64,000 nt of DNA from Dendrobates tinctorius (Eukaryota), in NCBI RefSeq assembly GCF_039654945.1, contig NW_027361676.1:32426001-32490000 (forward strand), written 5' to 3'. The notes under the pieces were generated by a model, which saw only the letters and a list, made by a program, of their open reading frames with translations, was not told where the DNA came from and searched no databases. How positions within the stretch are numbered: the first letter of the stretch is position 1; the number at the start of each line of letters is the position of its first letter. This document shows, one piece after another, positions 35,276 through 47,591 of this stretch. The translations under genes and the position numbers were made by a program.

Positions 35276-38200
35276 TAGCAGTGAGATGCTGACCTGGGCA
35301 CTGTGGCAATATGGGTGAGTGACTATGCACTTTATGTGGACATATGGATATATATCCTTGTGAACTTATTTTTACTTGACCGGCATGGGGTGCATGTTGT
35401 AATAGGCTGTTAATGATTGTTCATGTCTGCATCTTGATATGGGATTGCTGCATTGCCATTTAGGCCTATTCTAATACCTTGTATCCTATACATTGGGACC
35501 CATACTTGTATCATTTTTTTGCCACTGTCTATTATTTGTACCATGGTGACTCTTCACTGTTTGTTGTTTCTGGATTGCACCCTCTATATACCTCATGCAT
35601 TATAAGTGTTTGATATTTTTAACTTTAATAAAGATGTGTTTTCTATATAACTTATCTCATCTTTTGTTGTGGTTTATGGTTACTCCACTTGTTCTTTTTG
35701 TTTGCAAAATACCGATTGACCATAATACAGACCAACATGTTGTAGCTGGTATTCAGCTACTGCCCTCTGCTGCTGACAAAGCCTTGTCAACATATGTAAT
35801 GTGGAGTTCCAGCACATGGTCATGTCGCAAACCAGTCAATGAGCTGGTACTTGCAAGCACTGCTGCATCACTGCCAAACGGAGATGGCTGTAGCTGACAT
35901 GCACAAATGGGCACACACAGAGCATACCTTCACATGAAGCTCAGGAAAATCTGAATAGATTTTCAGAAGCCGCTGAACCACTAAGTTGAGCACATGGGTC
36001 AGGCATGGTACTTGTGCAAGCTTGCCAAGTTTCAGTGCTGCCACCAAGTTAAGTCCATTATCACACACGACCATGCCTGGTTGTTCAGCAGCGAGAGCCC
36101 AGAGCTGCCTGGTCTTTTTTTACCTTTCCACAACTCTGAAGCTGTGTGCTGTTTGTCACCTAAAACATTAATTTCAGCAGAGACTGTTGCCACTTCACTG
36201 AGGGGCAGTGATGCAGAGCTTTCAGCTTGTGATTGATATCGACGATGTACTCCTAGATGACAATTCAGAGTTGGATGATGAGGATGAGGAGGTGTGAAGG
36301 AACTGGTGTATTAGGTCGAGAAAACCCTGATAGAACTAGGTCCTGTATTCCTAGGCATTGGTAGCATGTGTGTGGCACCAATGTCTGACTCGGCCCCGGC
36401 CTCCAAACTCTTAGCTAGTAAGACTGGACTCTTTGTAAGACAAAGTGGTGCTGGGAAACTAACTGGAAACATTATTTGCCATTCAACCTGCCACCTGTTT
36501 GCACTGTTCTGGCTTCAAGAGTGGTGTCCCATGCTTCATCTGCATATTGGAACAGAAAGCTAGGTCTCGAGCATGTTTGTTGTGCTCCTCGGCAGACACA
36601 ATTTCACCTGGCCCATAGCCTTGGCCTCTGCATGCACCATCAGCAACACATTCATTTCCCCGTTTCTTACTGCACATCTTTCACATTTTAAATTAGGTAT
36701 ATATGTCTACAAGCTCTCCGGTATTATAAAGTAAAAGAAAATATGTAGACCTGAAAAATACTTATTTTTTTAGGTTGCAGTAGCAGTATACCTATAGAAG
36801 GACTGTAAGGCAATAAACAATACAGTGACACTTAGTAGGAGCTAGCTTCCAGGAGTGGATCCTCTGGGTCACGGCGCTGAACCTCTCCCGGGTGAGTGTG
36901 CCAGGTGGAACTGAACCATATACAGGGACCGTTAGGAGCAGGCCTGGGGGAGTCAGGCACCGCGATAGCCGGTCCAAGAGGGGAAGCTCGTAGAGAAGCT
37001 GAGAGACAAAGGTAAATAGGGAAGGCTGGAGAGTAGGGACCAGGAAGACTTGCAGGTACGGGGTACTGGAGAGTGGGACCAGAGGCACTAGGAAGCTGGG
37101 GATCAAATAACAATGCAAAGGGTCAATTAGTACAGTGGGTGAGAACCCGCAGAAAGGCCAAGATTAAGTATACAGGAGTACACTCAATAAACAGGCGCCT
37201 CCATTAAGGGAGAGCAGCCTGATATAGTCAGCAATGGCACCTGATTGGACCACAGATGGTCCAGATCAGTTGCAATACATTAAAGGGCCAGCAGAGCGTG
37301 CGGATGTGAAGCCAACAGAGCGGAGGAGAGATGCTGGGAGCCCGGAGAAGCAGGATGCCACGCCAGCACAACAGTGTGGCAAGCATTGGGAGGTGGGGCG
37401 GGTGCGGTGGCAGCGAGGGTAGTCATGACAGGCGCGGCAGCCGCCGCAGTCATGACAGTACCCCCCTTACACCTCCCCCTATGGAGGTTGGCCAGAAATC
37501 TCCCTAGAATAAGAGATGCATTAATGTTCTCACTTGGCTCCCACGATCTCTCCTCCGGACTAAAACCTTTCCAATAAATAAGAAAGAGGGTTCTTCCCTT
37601 GACTTTTTTCATGGCCAAAATATCTTTCACCTCAAAAACATTGTCAGAACTAATTGGCTGAGACACAGAGGTGGATGCAGAATGTCACCGATTAAAAACA
37701 AACGGTTTGAGGAGAGAAACGTTAAAGGCATTTGGGATCCGGAGTGAAGCAGGTAACCTCAATTTGTAGGCCACATCATTAATGCATTCCAGGACCTCGA
37801 AGGGACCAATATACCGCTGACCCAGCTTGTGGGAGGGAATCTTCAGATGGATGTATTTAGATAAGAGCCAGACTTTATCGCCAGGACGATATGGTGGGAG
37901 ATCCCTCCGACGCTTGTCTGCATGCCTTTTTATTCGACCACGAGCTCTTTTGAGAGCTTCTTCGGTCTCCTTCCAGATTTTAGAAAACTCCACGGCAAGA
38001 GCGTCAGCTGCGGGCATTCCTGAGGCTGAGGTCACAGGGAGAGGCACTCCAGGATGTCGACCAAAGACAACAAAAAACGGCGACTTGGTGGAAGACTCGC
38101 TGGGATGGTTGTTATAGGTGAACTCAGCCCAGGGAAGAAGGCTGTCCCAGTCATCAAAACTTGATTGATACGGTCCACCTGCTCATTGGTCTGTGGATCG

Positions 38201-39240
38201 TAAGCAGAAGAGAAGTCCAGGGACATGCCCATGAGTTTACAGAGTGCTCTCCGGAATCAGGAAGCAAACTGAACTCCTCCGTCAGATGCGATATGTAGAA
38301 GGAATCCATGGAGTCTGAAAATTTGATGAATAAAAACTTTGGCTAGCTCAGGTGCAGACAGTAGCCCAGGCAGGGGAACAAAATGAGCCATTTTGGAGAA
38401 CTGATCCACAACCACCAGAATAGCTGTACAGACAGAGAAACAAGGCAGATCGGTGATAAAATCCATGGCAATATGCTGCCAAGGAATTGCAGGAATTGGT
38501 AAAGGGTGGAGAAGACCGGAAGGTAACTGTCTTGGGACCTTGATTTTTGCACAGGATGTGCAGGAGGCTACAATGTCTAATACATCTTGATGGAGAGATG
38601 GACACCAATAATAGTGAAAAATGAGAGCAAGAGTCTTCTTAGTCCCCACGTGTCCAGCAATTTTGGAAAAGTGTCCCCAACGTAGCACCTCAACTCTAGC
38701 TTCTTCAGAGATGTAGGTCTTGTCCGGTGGAGAGGTAACAAGATTTATGGAGGCCACAATGATGATCTTGAAAGGTTCAATGATATGTAGAGGAACCTCC
38801 TCCACCTCAGTTGACTGAAGAGACCTGGAAAGAGCATCCACTTTGGTGTTCCTGTCGCCGGGTCAGAAGTGGAGCTTGAAATCGAAGCGAGCAAAGAACA
38901 GAGACCATCTTGCTTGCCAGGTATGGAGTCTTTGGGCTGATTGGATATAAGCCAAATTTTTATGGTCAGTGTAGATTATGAAGGGATGAACGACCCCCTC
39001 CAGATGGTATCACCACTCCTTCAGAGCCAATTTTATGGCCAACAATTCCCGATCTTCAATCGAATAGTTGCACTCTGCTGGAGAAAATGATTTGGAGAAA
39101 AATCCACATGGAACTAGGCGACCAGACAAAGTCTTTTGAGACAATACTGCAGCGGCTCCTGAGGAGGACGCATCCACCTCTAAGATGAAGGGTCTGCTAA
39201 CCTCCGGCCGATGAAAGACTGGGGCAGTCGCAAAGGCACA

Positions 39241-42200
39241 TGTTATGATTGAGTCACCGTAGGAGGCAAAAACAGAAATGCTAGCTAAGTCCTGAAAACC
39301 AGAGAAGTTGGCAACTATCAGATTGCAGACCCCTGAACCTATCAACACAACTAGCAGTAGCCGTGGGGGGTTCCTACGATGACCTAGACCCCTCGATCAC
39401 AGCCGGAGAGATACATAGGCCTAAAGAAGGAAAGGGGAAATCTAACTGCCCCAGAGCAGACCCCAAAGCAATAGGCAGCCCCACACATATAATGACGGTG
39501 AAGCAAGATGAAAACACTTACACAGACAGAAAGACAGGCTGAGCAAAGACGGGGCCCAAAAACTACCTAGATAGGAATGGATAGGAAGGCTGCTGTCTGC
39601 AATCTGCCAAAACCCTATCAGAGACAAAAGCCAACAAGCTGATATAAAAATGGCCCTGAAGCAACTAAGCTTCAAAAACTAAATCAGCACTCGGGTACAT
39701 TCAGAAGACAGAGCTCAAGTAACACTGCACACTCCAGCAGGGAGTGGCAGAATCCAAAAAGCAAGAAAAACAAAAACAAATCTTAGATGCAAAAAGGCAA
39801 AACAGAAAACTTAGCTTTAGGAGAGCAGGAATCAGACTGGTGTCCAAGAGTCCACAGAGAAATCACCCGCAGGGCAGAAAGGGCGTAGGCTGCCTTAAAT
39901 CCAGTCAGTGACTCCACTCAGCCAATCGTCTACTCTTCATCAGTCCCAGGTGCCTGATAATCAGGCTCACTACCTTCCTTCACTAGAATAGGGAGTTCAC
40001 CAGGCCTCAGTGACAGAGGGGAAAATGAACTCACAACAGTACCCCCCCCTTGAGGAGGGGTCACCGAACCCTCAACAACGCTACCAGGGCGATCAGGGTG
40101 AGCCCGATGAAAGGCACGCACCAATCTTTTGGCATGAATATCAGAGGCAGAGACCCAGGAATTATCCTCCTGACCATAACCCTTCCACTTAACCAAATAC
40201 TGGAGTCTCCGTCTAGCCAGACGGGAATCCAGAATTTTCTCTACCTCATATTCCAAGTTACCTTCAACCAATACAGGGTCCGGAGGTGCCACCTCAGGCA
40301 CAACTGGCTCAACAAACCTCTTCAACAAGGACTTATGGAACACATTATGGATCTTAAATGTGACAGGAAGAGCCAAACGAAAAGAGACCGGATTAATAAT
40401 CTCCAAAATCTTGTAAGGTCCAATAAATCTAGGCTTAAACTTAGGAGAAGCCACCTTCATAGCAATATTTTTTGATGTGGTTATCCAGATAACTTATCCA
40501 CCACTTGGTCCCAGATCTGGTGCATTCTCTCCACCACAGTGTCAACACCTGGGCAGGCAGAAGGCTCCACCTGCCCTGAAGAAAATCGAGGGTGAAAACC
40601 AAAGTTACAAAAAAAAGGTGACATCAAAGTGGCAGAACTAGCTCTATTATTTAAAGCAAATTGGGCCAAGGGCAAAAATGAAACCCAATCATCCTGATCA
40701 GCGGAAATAAAACATCTCAAATACGACTCCAAGGTCTGGTTTGTTCTCTGTCTGCCCATTGGTCTGAGGGTGAAAAGCAGAGGAGAAGGACAACTGAATT
40801 CCCAACTTGGAACAGAACGTCCTCCAAAATTTAGACACAAATTGAACTCCTCTGTCAGATACAATGTTCTCAGGAATCCCGTGCAAGCGAACCACCTGTT
40901 GCAAAAACAGAGGCACCAACTCAGAGGAAGATGGCAACTTAGGCAGTGGTACAAGATGAACCATCTTAGAGAACCTATCACAAATCACCCAAATAACAGT
41001 CATTCTTTGAGAGACCGGCATATCAGAAATGAAATCCATTGAAATATGGGTCCATGGCCTCCTGGGGACCGGCAAAGGCATCAACAACCCACTAGAGCGA
41101 GAACAAGATTTAGACCGGGAGCAAGTCCCACAGGACTGCACAAAATTCCTGACATCATGAGACAAGGTGGGCCACCAAAAAGAGCGACTCACCAGATCTC
41201 TAGTACCAAAAATACCTGGATGACCAGCCAATGCAGAGCAATGAACTTCAGACATCACTCTCTTCTTCCACTGGTCAGGAACATACAACTTTCCACTAGG
41301 GCAACGCTCAGGTTTGTCCTCCTGGAACTCTTGCAGGGCAAGTCTCAAATCGGGCGAGATGGCAGAAAGAACTACCCCTTCGCCTAAGATGGTGGCAGGC
41401 TTGGTCACCACAGGAGAATCAGCAAAGAAACTCCTAGAGAGGGCATCTGCCTTGACATTCTTAGTTCCAGGAAGGAAAGAGACCACAAAATCAAAACATG
41501 TAAAAAACAAGGCCTACCTAGCCTGTCTAGGGTTCAAGCGTTTAGCCGACTCTAGGTAAATCAAATTTTTGTAGTCAGTGAGGACCACAACTTGATGTTT
41601 GGCTCCCGCCAACCAATGTCTCCACTCCTCAAATGCCCATTTCATGGCCAACAGTTCCCGATTCCCCACATCATAGTTACGTTCAGATGAAGAGAACTTA
41701 CGGGAAAAGAAAGTACAGGGATTCATTTTAGATGTTACCGGATCCTTTTGGGACAACACCGCTCCTGCACCAATCTGAGAAGCATCCACCTCTACCTGGA
41801 ACGGGAGTGAGACATCAGGTTGCCGCAGAACCGGGGCGGAGGTAAATCTACGCTTCAGCTCCTGAAAGGAAGCAACCGCCTCCGGAGACCAATTCAACAC
41901 ATCCGCACCCTTCCTGGTCAGGTCAGTCAATGGTTTGGCAATACTAGAAAATTTTGCTATAAATTTCCGATAAAAATTAGCAAAACCCAAAAACTTCTGG
42001 AGGGCCTTCAAAGAAGTGGGCTGAACCCAATCATAAATGGCCTGTACCTTGGCCGGGTCCATTTCAATAGTTGACGGAGACAAAATAAATCCCAAAAAAG
42101 AAGTTCTCTGTACTCCAAAAAGGCATTTTGATCCTTTGACATATAGAGAATTCTCTCTCAAGATCCGGAACACAGTCCGAATATGTTCCACATGAGAATC

Positions 42201-43722
42201 CCAATCCTTGGAGAAGATCAAAATATCATCCAGATAGATAATCAAAAATTTATCGACAAAGTCTCGGAAAATATCGTTCATGAAGCACTGGAAGACAGAA
42301 GGGGCATTAGTGAGCCCAAAAGGCATCACCAGGTACTCAAAATGTCCCTCCGGAGTATTAAACACCGTCTTCCATTCATCCCCCTGCTTAATGCGGATAA
42401 GATTATACGCCCCCCCTGAGGTCAAGCTTAGTAAACCAGCAAGCACCTCTGACTCTAGAGAATAGATCCGAAATCAGGGGTAACGGATACTGATATTTAA
42501 TAGTAATTTTATTGAGGGCACGATAATCAATACAAGGCCTTAAAGAACCATCCTTCTTGGCCACAAAAAAAAACCCGGCACCTAAGGGTGAAGAGGATGG
42601 TCTAATATGACCCTTCTCCAACGCCTCCTTAATATAGGACCGCATAGCCTCGTGCTCGGGTACAGATAAATTGAAGAGCCGACCCTTAGGAAATTTACAC
42701 CCCGGGTTTAGTTCAATTGCACAGTCATAACTCCTATGAGGAGGCAAGGACGCAGACTCATTCTCACTAAATACATCATAGAAGTCCGCCAAATAGTCAG
42801 GAACCTCATGCGACTGAGGAGAGGTGGAAAAAACCGGAGCCTCACTAAAGGTACACCGGCAACCCCAACTCACCACAGACATAGACTACCAATCCAAAAC
42901 TGTATTATGAATCTGCAACCAGGGAAACCCCAGAACAACGGCATCATGCAGACCATGCAACACCAAAAATCTGCAATTTTCTTGGTGGTCTGGGGCGACC
43001 CGCATGACCAACTGGGTCCAAAACTGAGGTTTATTTTTAGCCAGAGGGGTAGCATCAATCCCCCTCAAAGGGATAGGCGTCTGCAGAGGTGTCAATGGAA
43101 ATCCACAGCGTTTAGCAAAATCCAAGTCCATTAGGTTTAGCGCTGCTCCCGAATCCACAAAAGCCTTTGCGGAAAATGTGGACAGGGAACAGATCAGAGT
43201 AATCGCCAAAAGAAACTTAGGCTGAACCCCACCAACAGAAAACGTGTGTGCAAAGCGTTTCTCACGTTTAGGACAAACAGAAATAACATGTGAGGCATCT
43301 CCACAGAAAAAACACAACTTATTACGCCTTCTGAATTCCTGACGTTGCGCCTTAGACAAAACTCTATCACATTGCATAGGTTCAGACGTCTGTTCAACCG
43401 GTGGCAACACCTCTCGTGTAATCCTGCGTTCACGTAAACGCCGATCAACCTGAATGGCTAAAGACAAAGAATCGTCCAGACCAGAGGGAACAGGAAATCC
43501 CACCATAGTATCTTTTACGGCTTCTGACAAACCCTTCCGAAAGAGAGCAGCCAAGGCACTATCATTCCAGGTAGTAAGGACCGCCCACTTTCTGAACTTT
43601 TGACAGTACAACTCTGCAGATTCTCAACCCTGGTTCAATGCTAACAGGGTCATTTCAGCCTGATCAATAGCATTAGGTTCGTCGTACAGCAACCCCAAGG
43701 CTTGAAAAAATGCGTTCACATT
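39241..43722 (-). mobile_element. Family C chromovirus copy C1 (3' LTR 39241-40038, frameshifted gag-pol, 5' end deleted)
   Basis: Gag with CCHC CFFCGDASHVISVC and protease VDSGA in one frame (42886-43611), RT YLDD (41514-42446), integrase, chromodomain (39930-40460), PPT at 40039. Confidence 0.93.
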
Positions 43723-44101
43723 AGTCAGAATGCGATCGGCGCACCCTATCTTTAGCATAGGGTGCGCAGATCGTGCGCAGGCCGTGCGCTAGTTGCGCTT
43801 TGACCTGCGCTGCGCACTTTTGACGGTGCGCCGTGCGCGCCAAAATCAAACTTTTCGGATTTTGGCGCGCACGGCGCACCGTCAAAAGTGCGCAGCGCAG
43901 GTCAAAGCGCAACTAGCGCACGGCCTGCGCACGATCTGCGCACCCTATGCTAAAGATAGGGTGCGCCGATCGCAGGCGCCGCTGTCCGCTAGGAGGCGGC
44001 GCTACAAGCAAGGGGCGGGCACGCCGGGCAGAGAGCCGGCTCGGGGGCGGAGCTACCCCCGGCCGTGCGTGCGCTTAAAAAGCGCTAATGTGAAACCAGC
44101 C
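43715..44101. mobile_element. Harbinger-type MITE with a perfect 117-bp-arm internal palindrome; left TIR truncated
   Basis: Right end taatgtgaaaccagcc-TTA. Arms 43731-43847 and 43858-43974 are exact inverted repeats. Confidence 0.75.
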
Positions 44102-45253
44102 TTAGACATCCGCAAATGACTGGTAGACAGTAGGAAGGCCAGGAAGATTAGAGGAAGATCATTGAGAGCTGGGTCGAGGAATAGGCAATAGGCATCGTAC
44201 AGGACAAAAGTGGCCTCAAAGAAGAACTTCCCCTGAGAGCCAGTCAAGGACAGGCTCATGCGACCTGAGCCAGAGAAGACCAAGAAGCAATGCATGAGAA
44301 AGTTCAGGCAGGTCGTAGAAGGCAATCTTCTCCTGATGTTAGGCACCTATTTGTATCACTACTTCCGCCGTAACCATAGTAATGTACTCTTGTAGAGGTT
44401 TGCCATCCACCGACGCAATCAGAGGCAGATTTTTCAAGGTTACCACCGGAATCCGATACTTGCTCACTTCTTCGAGCTGGATAAAATTGCCTGCCGCACC
44501 CAAATCCACATATGCCTACACAGACTCACGCCTGTGACCAAAGATGAGAAGAACGGACATAGTAAGGGGTAGAGAGGAATTATGTGCACCTAGGGAGGCC
44601 TCTCTTACCTGGCCTAGGTGGATGAGTTTTCCAGATGCTCTGGGCAAGAGTGGAGAAAATGTGACTACCCTCAACAGTAGTAGCATAGGCCCTGCGCTCG
44701 TCTCTCCCTCTGACGAAGTTCTGCCACCTTGAGCAGGTCCACCTGCATAGGTTCCGCAGAGTAGACCATGGGATGAGTGGTGAGTCATGGACTAGGTGGT
44801 CTATTCACTGAAGGGGATGACCTAAAGGACCTCCTCTCCCTAGCCGACTCCCAGGAGCGTTCCTGGAATCGAAGGTCAATGAGGGTGGCAAGAGCAATAA
44901 GATCTTCCAATGAGGTCAGAGTATCCCGACCCACAAGTTCATCTTTTATCTTTCCTGAGAGACCCCACCAGTAAGCCTCCACTAGCACCTCATTATTCCA
45001 CCCCAGCTCAGAAAACAATGTGCGAAAACGAATGGCGTACTGTCCGACCGTAAGGGTGCCTTGATGGAGATTAAAGAGGTACTTAGTAAGGGAGGCTAAG
45101 TGGCCCGGCTCATCAAAAACTCTACAGAAAGTGTCCAGAAAGGCAGATAGACTTGAGACCACGGGGTCAGCTCGTTCCCAAAAGGGATTTACATAGCCTC
45201 TCACTCAAGATGGGAGATAATGAAAGCCACTCTAGCTCGGTCAGTAGGTTACT

Positions 45254-47591
45254 TGTTGTGAGTTCATTTTTCCCTTCACCATTGAGGTCTGATGAACTCC
45301 CTCCTCTAGTGAAGGAAGGTAGTGAGACTGATTACCAAACACCTGGGCATCTAGATGATGACTGGGTGGCTGGAATTGAGGACTGGATATAAGGCTGCCG
45401 ACGCCCTTCTTCCTGGCTGGTGATTTTTCTGCTGGATTCTTGGAGACCAGTCTGATTCCTGCATCTCAAAGCTAAGTTTTTCTGCTCTGCTTTGTACTCT
45501 TCAGTTTTGTTTTTGTTTTGCCTTGTTTTTTTGGGAGTTCTGCCATCCCCGGCCGGGGGTGAGCTGAATTCCATTTTTGTCTCTGATCTGTTGTTCTTTT
45601 GCTCTGTCTTCAGAATATACCTGAATGCTGATATAGTCTTTTGAAGCCTAGCGACTTCAGGGCCTGTTTTTCCTATAAGTCGGTTGGCTCATTTTGATAG
45701 GGTTTTTGCGGATGGCAGACAGCAGCTTTCCTGTCCTGTCCTATGTAGTTAGCTTGGGCCCCATCATTTGCTCAACCTATCTTTCTATCTGTGTTAGTGT
45801 TTTCATCTTGCTTCACCGTCATTATATGTTGGGGGCTGCCTATTGCTTTGGGGTCTGCTCTGGGGCAGTTTAGTTTTTCCCCTTTCTGTCTTTAGGCTAT
45901 GTAGTTCTCCGGCTGTGATCGAGGGGTCTAGGGCACCATAGGAACCCCCCACGGCTACTGCTAGTTGTTGTGGATAGGTTCAGGGGTCTGCAATCTGATA
46001 ACTGCCAACCTCTCTGGTTTTTCTGGACTTAGCTGGTATTTTGTTTTTTCCTTCTTCGGTGACTCATCATAACAAAATCACCAGCCCGCAGATCCTAGGG
46101 TACTCAATAGCAGGAGAGAATTGTAAAAAAAAAAAAAAAGTGTCAGAATTTTTTTTTTTTTTTTTGTGTGCATATTTTTTCTTCTATATCTCTGTGGCCG
46201 TAGGGGGAATTTTTCTCTCAATGGAGATGAAGCAATTGTCTGATCGTGTGGAGCAGCTCGCTGCTGAAGTGCGGGGAATTTCCGCCTATCTTGCTCATTC
46301 ACATGCTGCTGAACCAAAGATTCCTACACCTGATATGTTTTTTGGGGATCGGTCTAAATTCTTGAATTTCAAGAATAATTGTAAATTATTTTTTGCCTTG
46401 AAGCCTAACTCGTCGGGGAACTCCGCGCAGCAGGTTAAAATTGTCATCTCTTTGCTGCGCGGCGATCCCCAGGATTGGGCGTTTTCTTTGAAACCTGATG
46501 ATCCTATTCTGAATAATGTGAACGCATTTTTTCAAGCCTTGGGGTTGTTGTATGATGAACGTAATGCTATTGATCAGGCTGAAAAGACCCTGTTAGCATT
46601 AAGCCAGGGTCGGGATTCGGCAGAGTTTTACTGTCAAAAATTCCGAAAGTGGGCGGTCCTTACTACCTGGAATGATGGTGCCTTGGCAGCCCTCTTTCGG
46701 AAGGGTTTGTCAGAAACTGTAAAAGATACTATGGTGGAGAGAACGCACCAGATCTGGGACCAAGTAGTGGATAAGTTGTCTCTCTCCCAGGAAAAGGCCC
46801 AGCGGTTTTCCAACCGGCGTAGGACCGTTGGTCCCCAGTTTAAGGTGGGTGATATGGTTTGGTTGTCATCAAAAAATATCGCTATGAAGGTGGCTTCTCC
46901 TAAGTTTAAGCCTAGATTTATTGGACCTTACAACATTTTGGAGATTATTAATCCGGTCTCTTTTCGGTTGGCTCTTCCTGTCACATTTAAAATTCATAAT
47001 GTGTTTCATAAGTCCTTGTTGAAGAGGTTTGTTGAACCAGTAGTTCCTGTGGTGGCACCTCCTGACCCTATATTGGTTGAAGGTAACATGGAATATGAGG
47101 TAGAGAAGATACTGGATTCCCATCTGGCTAGACAGAGACTCCAGTATTTGGTTAAGTGGAAGGGTTATGGTCAGGAGGATAATTCCTGGGTCTCTGCCTC
47201 TGATATTCATGCCGAAAGATTGGTGCGTGCCTTTCATCGGGCTCACCCGGATCGCCCTGGTGGCATGGATGAGGGTTCGGTGACCCCTCCTCAAGGGGGA
47301 GGTACTGTTGTTAGTGTTTTCATCTTGCTTCACCGTCATTATATGTTGGGGGCTGCCTATTGCTTTGGGGTCTGCTCTGGGGCAGTTTAGTTTTTCCCCT
47401 TTCTGTCTTTAGGCTATGTAGTTCTCTGGCTGTGATCGAGGGGTCTAGGGCACCGTAGGAACCCCCCACGGCTACTGCTAGTTGTTATGGATAGGTTCAG
47501 GGGTCTGCAATCCGATAGCTGCCAACCTCTCTGGTTTTTCTGGACTTAGCTGGTATTTTGTTTTTTCCTCCTTCGGTGACTCATCATAACA
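45254..47591 (+). mobile_element. Family C deletion derivative C2 (2.3 kb) inserted in the gag of D
   Basis: 5' LTR 45254-46074. 3' LTR 47306-47591, internally deleted. 6-bp TSD gttact (45248-45253, 47592-47597). Confidence 0.93.
46221..47390 (+). CDS. Gag (capsid-like) fused in frame to the integrase C-terminus (GPY) and chromodomain, 389 aa
   Basis: EPKIPTPDMFFGDRSKF...LLRGDPQDWA...FRKGLS gag joins at KDTMV|ERTHQIW to FIGPY and YEVEKILD...YLVKWKGY. The frame is open throughout. Confidence 0.75.
   Translation: MEMKQLSDRVEQLAAEVRGISAYLAHSHAAEPKIPTPDMFFGDRSKFLNFKNNCKLFFALKPNSSGNSAQQVKIVISLLRGDPQDWAFSLKPDDPILNNVNAFFQALGLLYDERNAIDQAEKTLLALSQGRDSAEFYCQKFRKWAVLTTWNDGALAALFRKGLSETVKDTMVERTHQIWDQVVDKLSLSQEKAQRFSNRRRTVGPQFKVGDMVWLSSKNIAMKVASPKFKPRFIGPYNILEIINPVSFRLALPVTFKIHNVFHKSLLKRFVEPVVPVVAPPDPILVEGNMEYEVEKILDSHLARQRLQYLVKWKGYGQEDNSWVSASDIHAERLVRAFHRAHPDRPGGMDEGSVTPPQGGGTVVSVFILLHRHYMLGAAYCFGVCSGAV

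Larger units (their letters stand above)
32048..35726 (+). mobile_element. 5'-truncated Penelope-like element (RT + GIY-YIG endonuclease)
   Basis: GTAMGAACAP and WHRYIDD RT motifs, LEFLDV/DLFRK/IPTGQYLR thumb region, CxxC pairs near 32980, and VVYYATCPCGKIYVGLT...RLREH GIY-YIG (33750-34067), followed by a long T-rich 3' region. Confidence 0.9.
31095..36470 (-). pseudogene. hAT transposase remnant (31095-32047 + 35727-36470) split by the Penelope-like element
   Basis: VVCDNGLNL...PCLTHVLNLVV in ORF 35868-36074, NFEELTKMVSG, and C-terminal WHELSLNALEVQACP..ILS. Confidence 0.85.

Noticed and set aside
43721-44119. Mirror-image ORFs MRFDLRCALL on both strands
   Set aside because: Artefact of the perfect palindrome.
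3446-47591. Element A (pol only) and C2 (gag only) as a proven complementing pair
   Set aside because: They have different LTRs, primers and TSD lengths, and C2 Gag lacks the CCHC knuckle. Proximity alone is not evidence.
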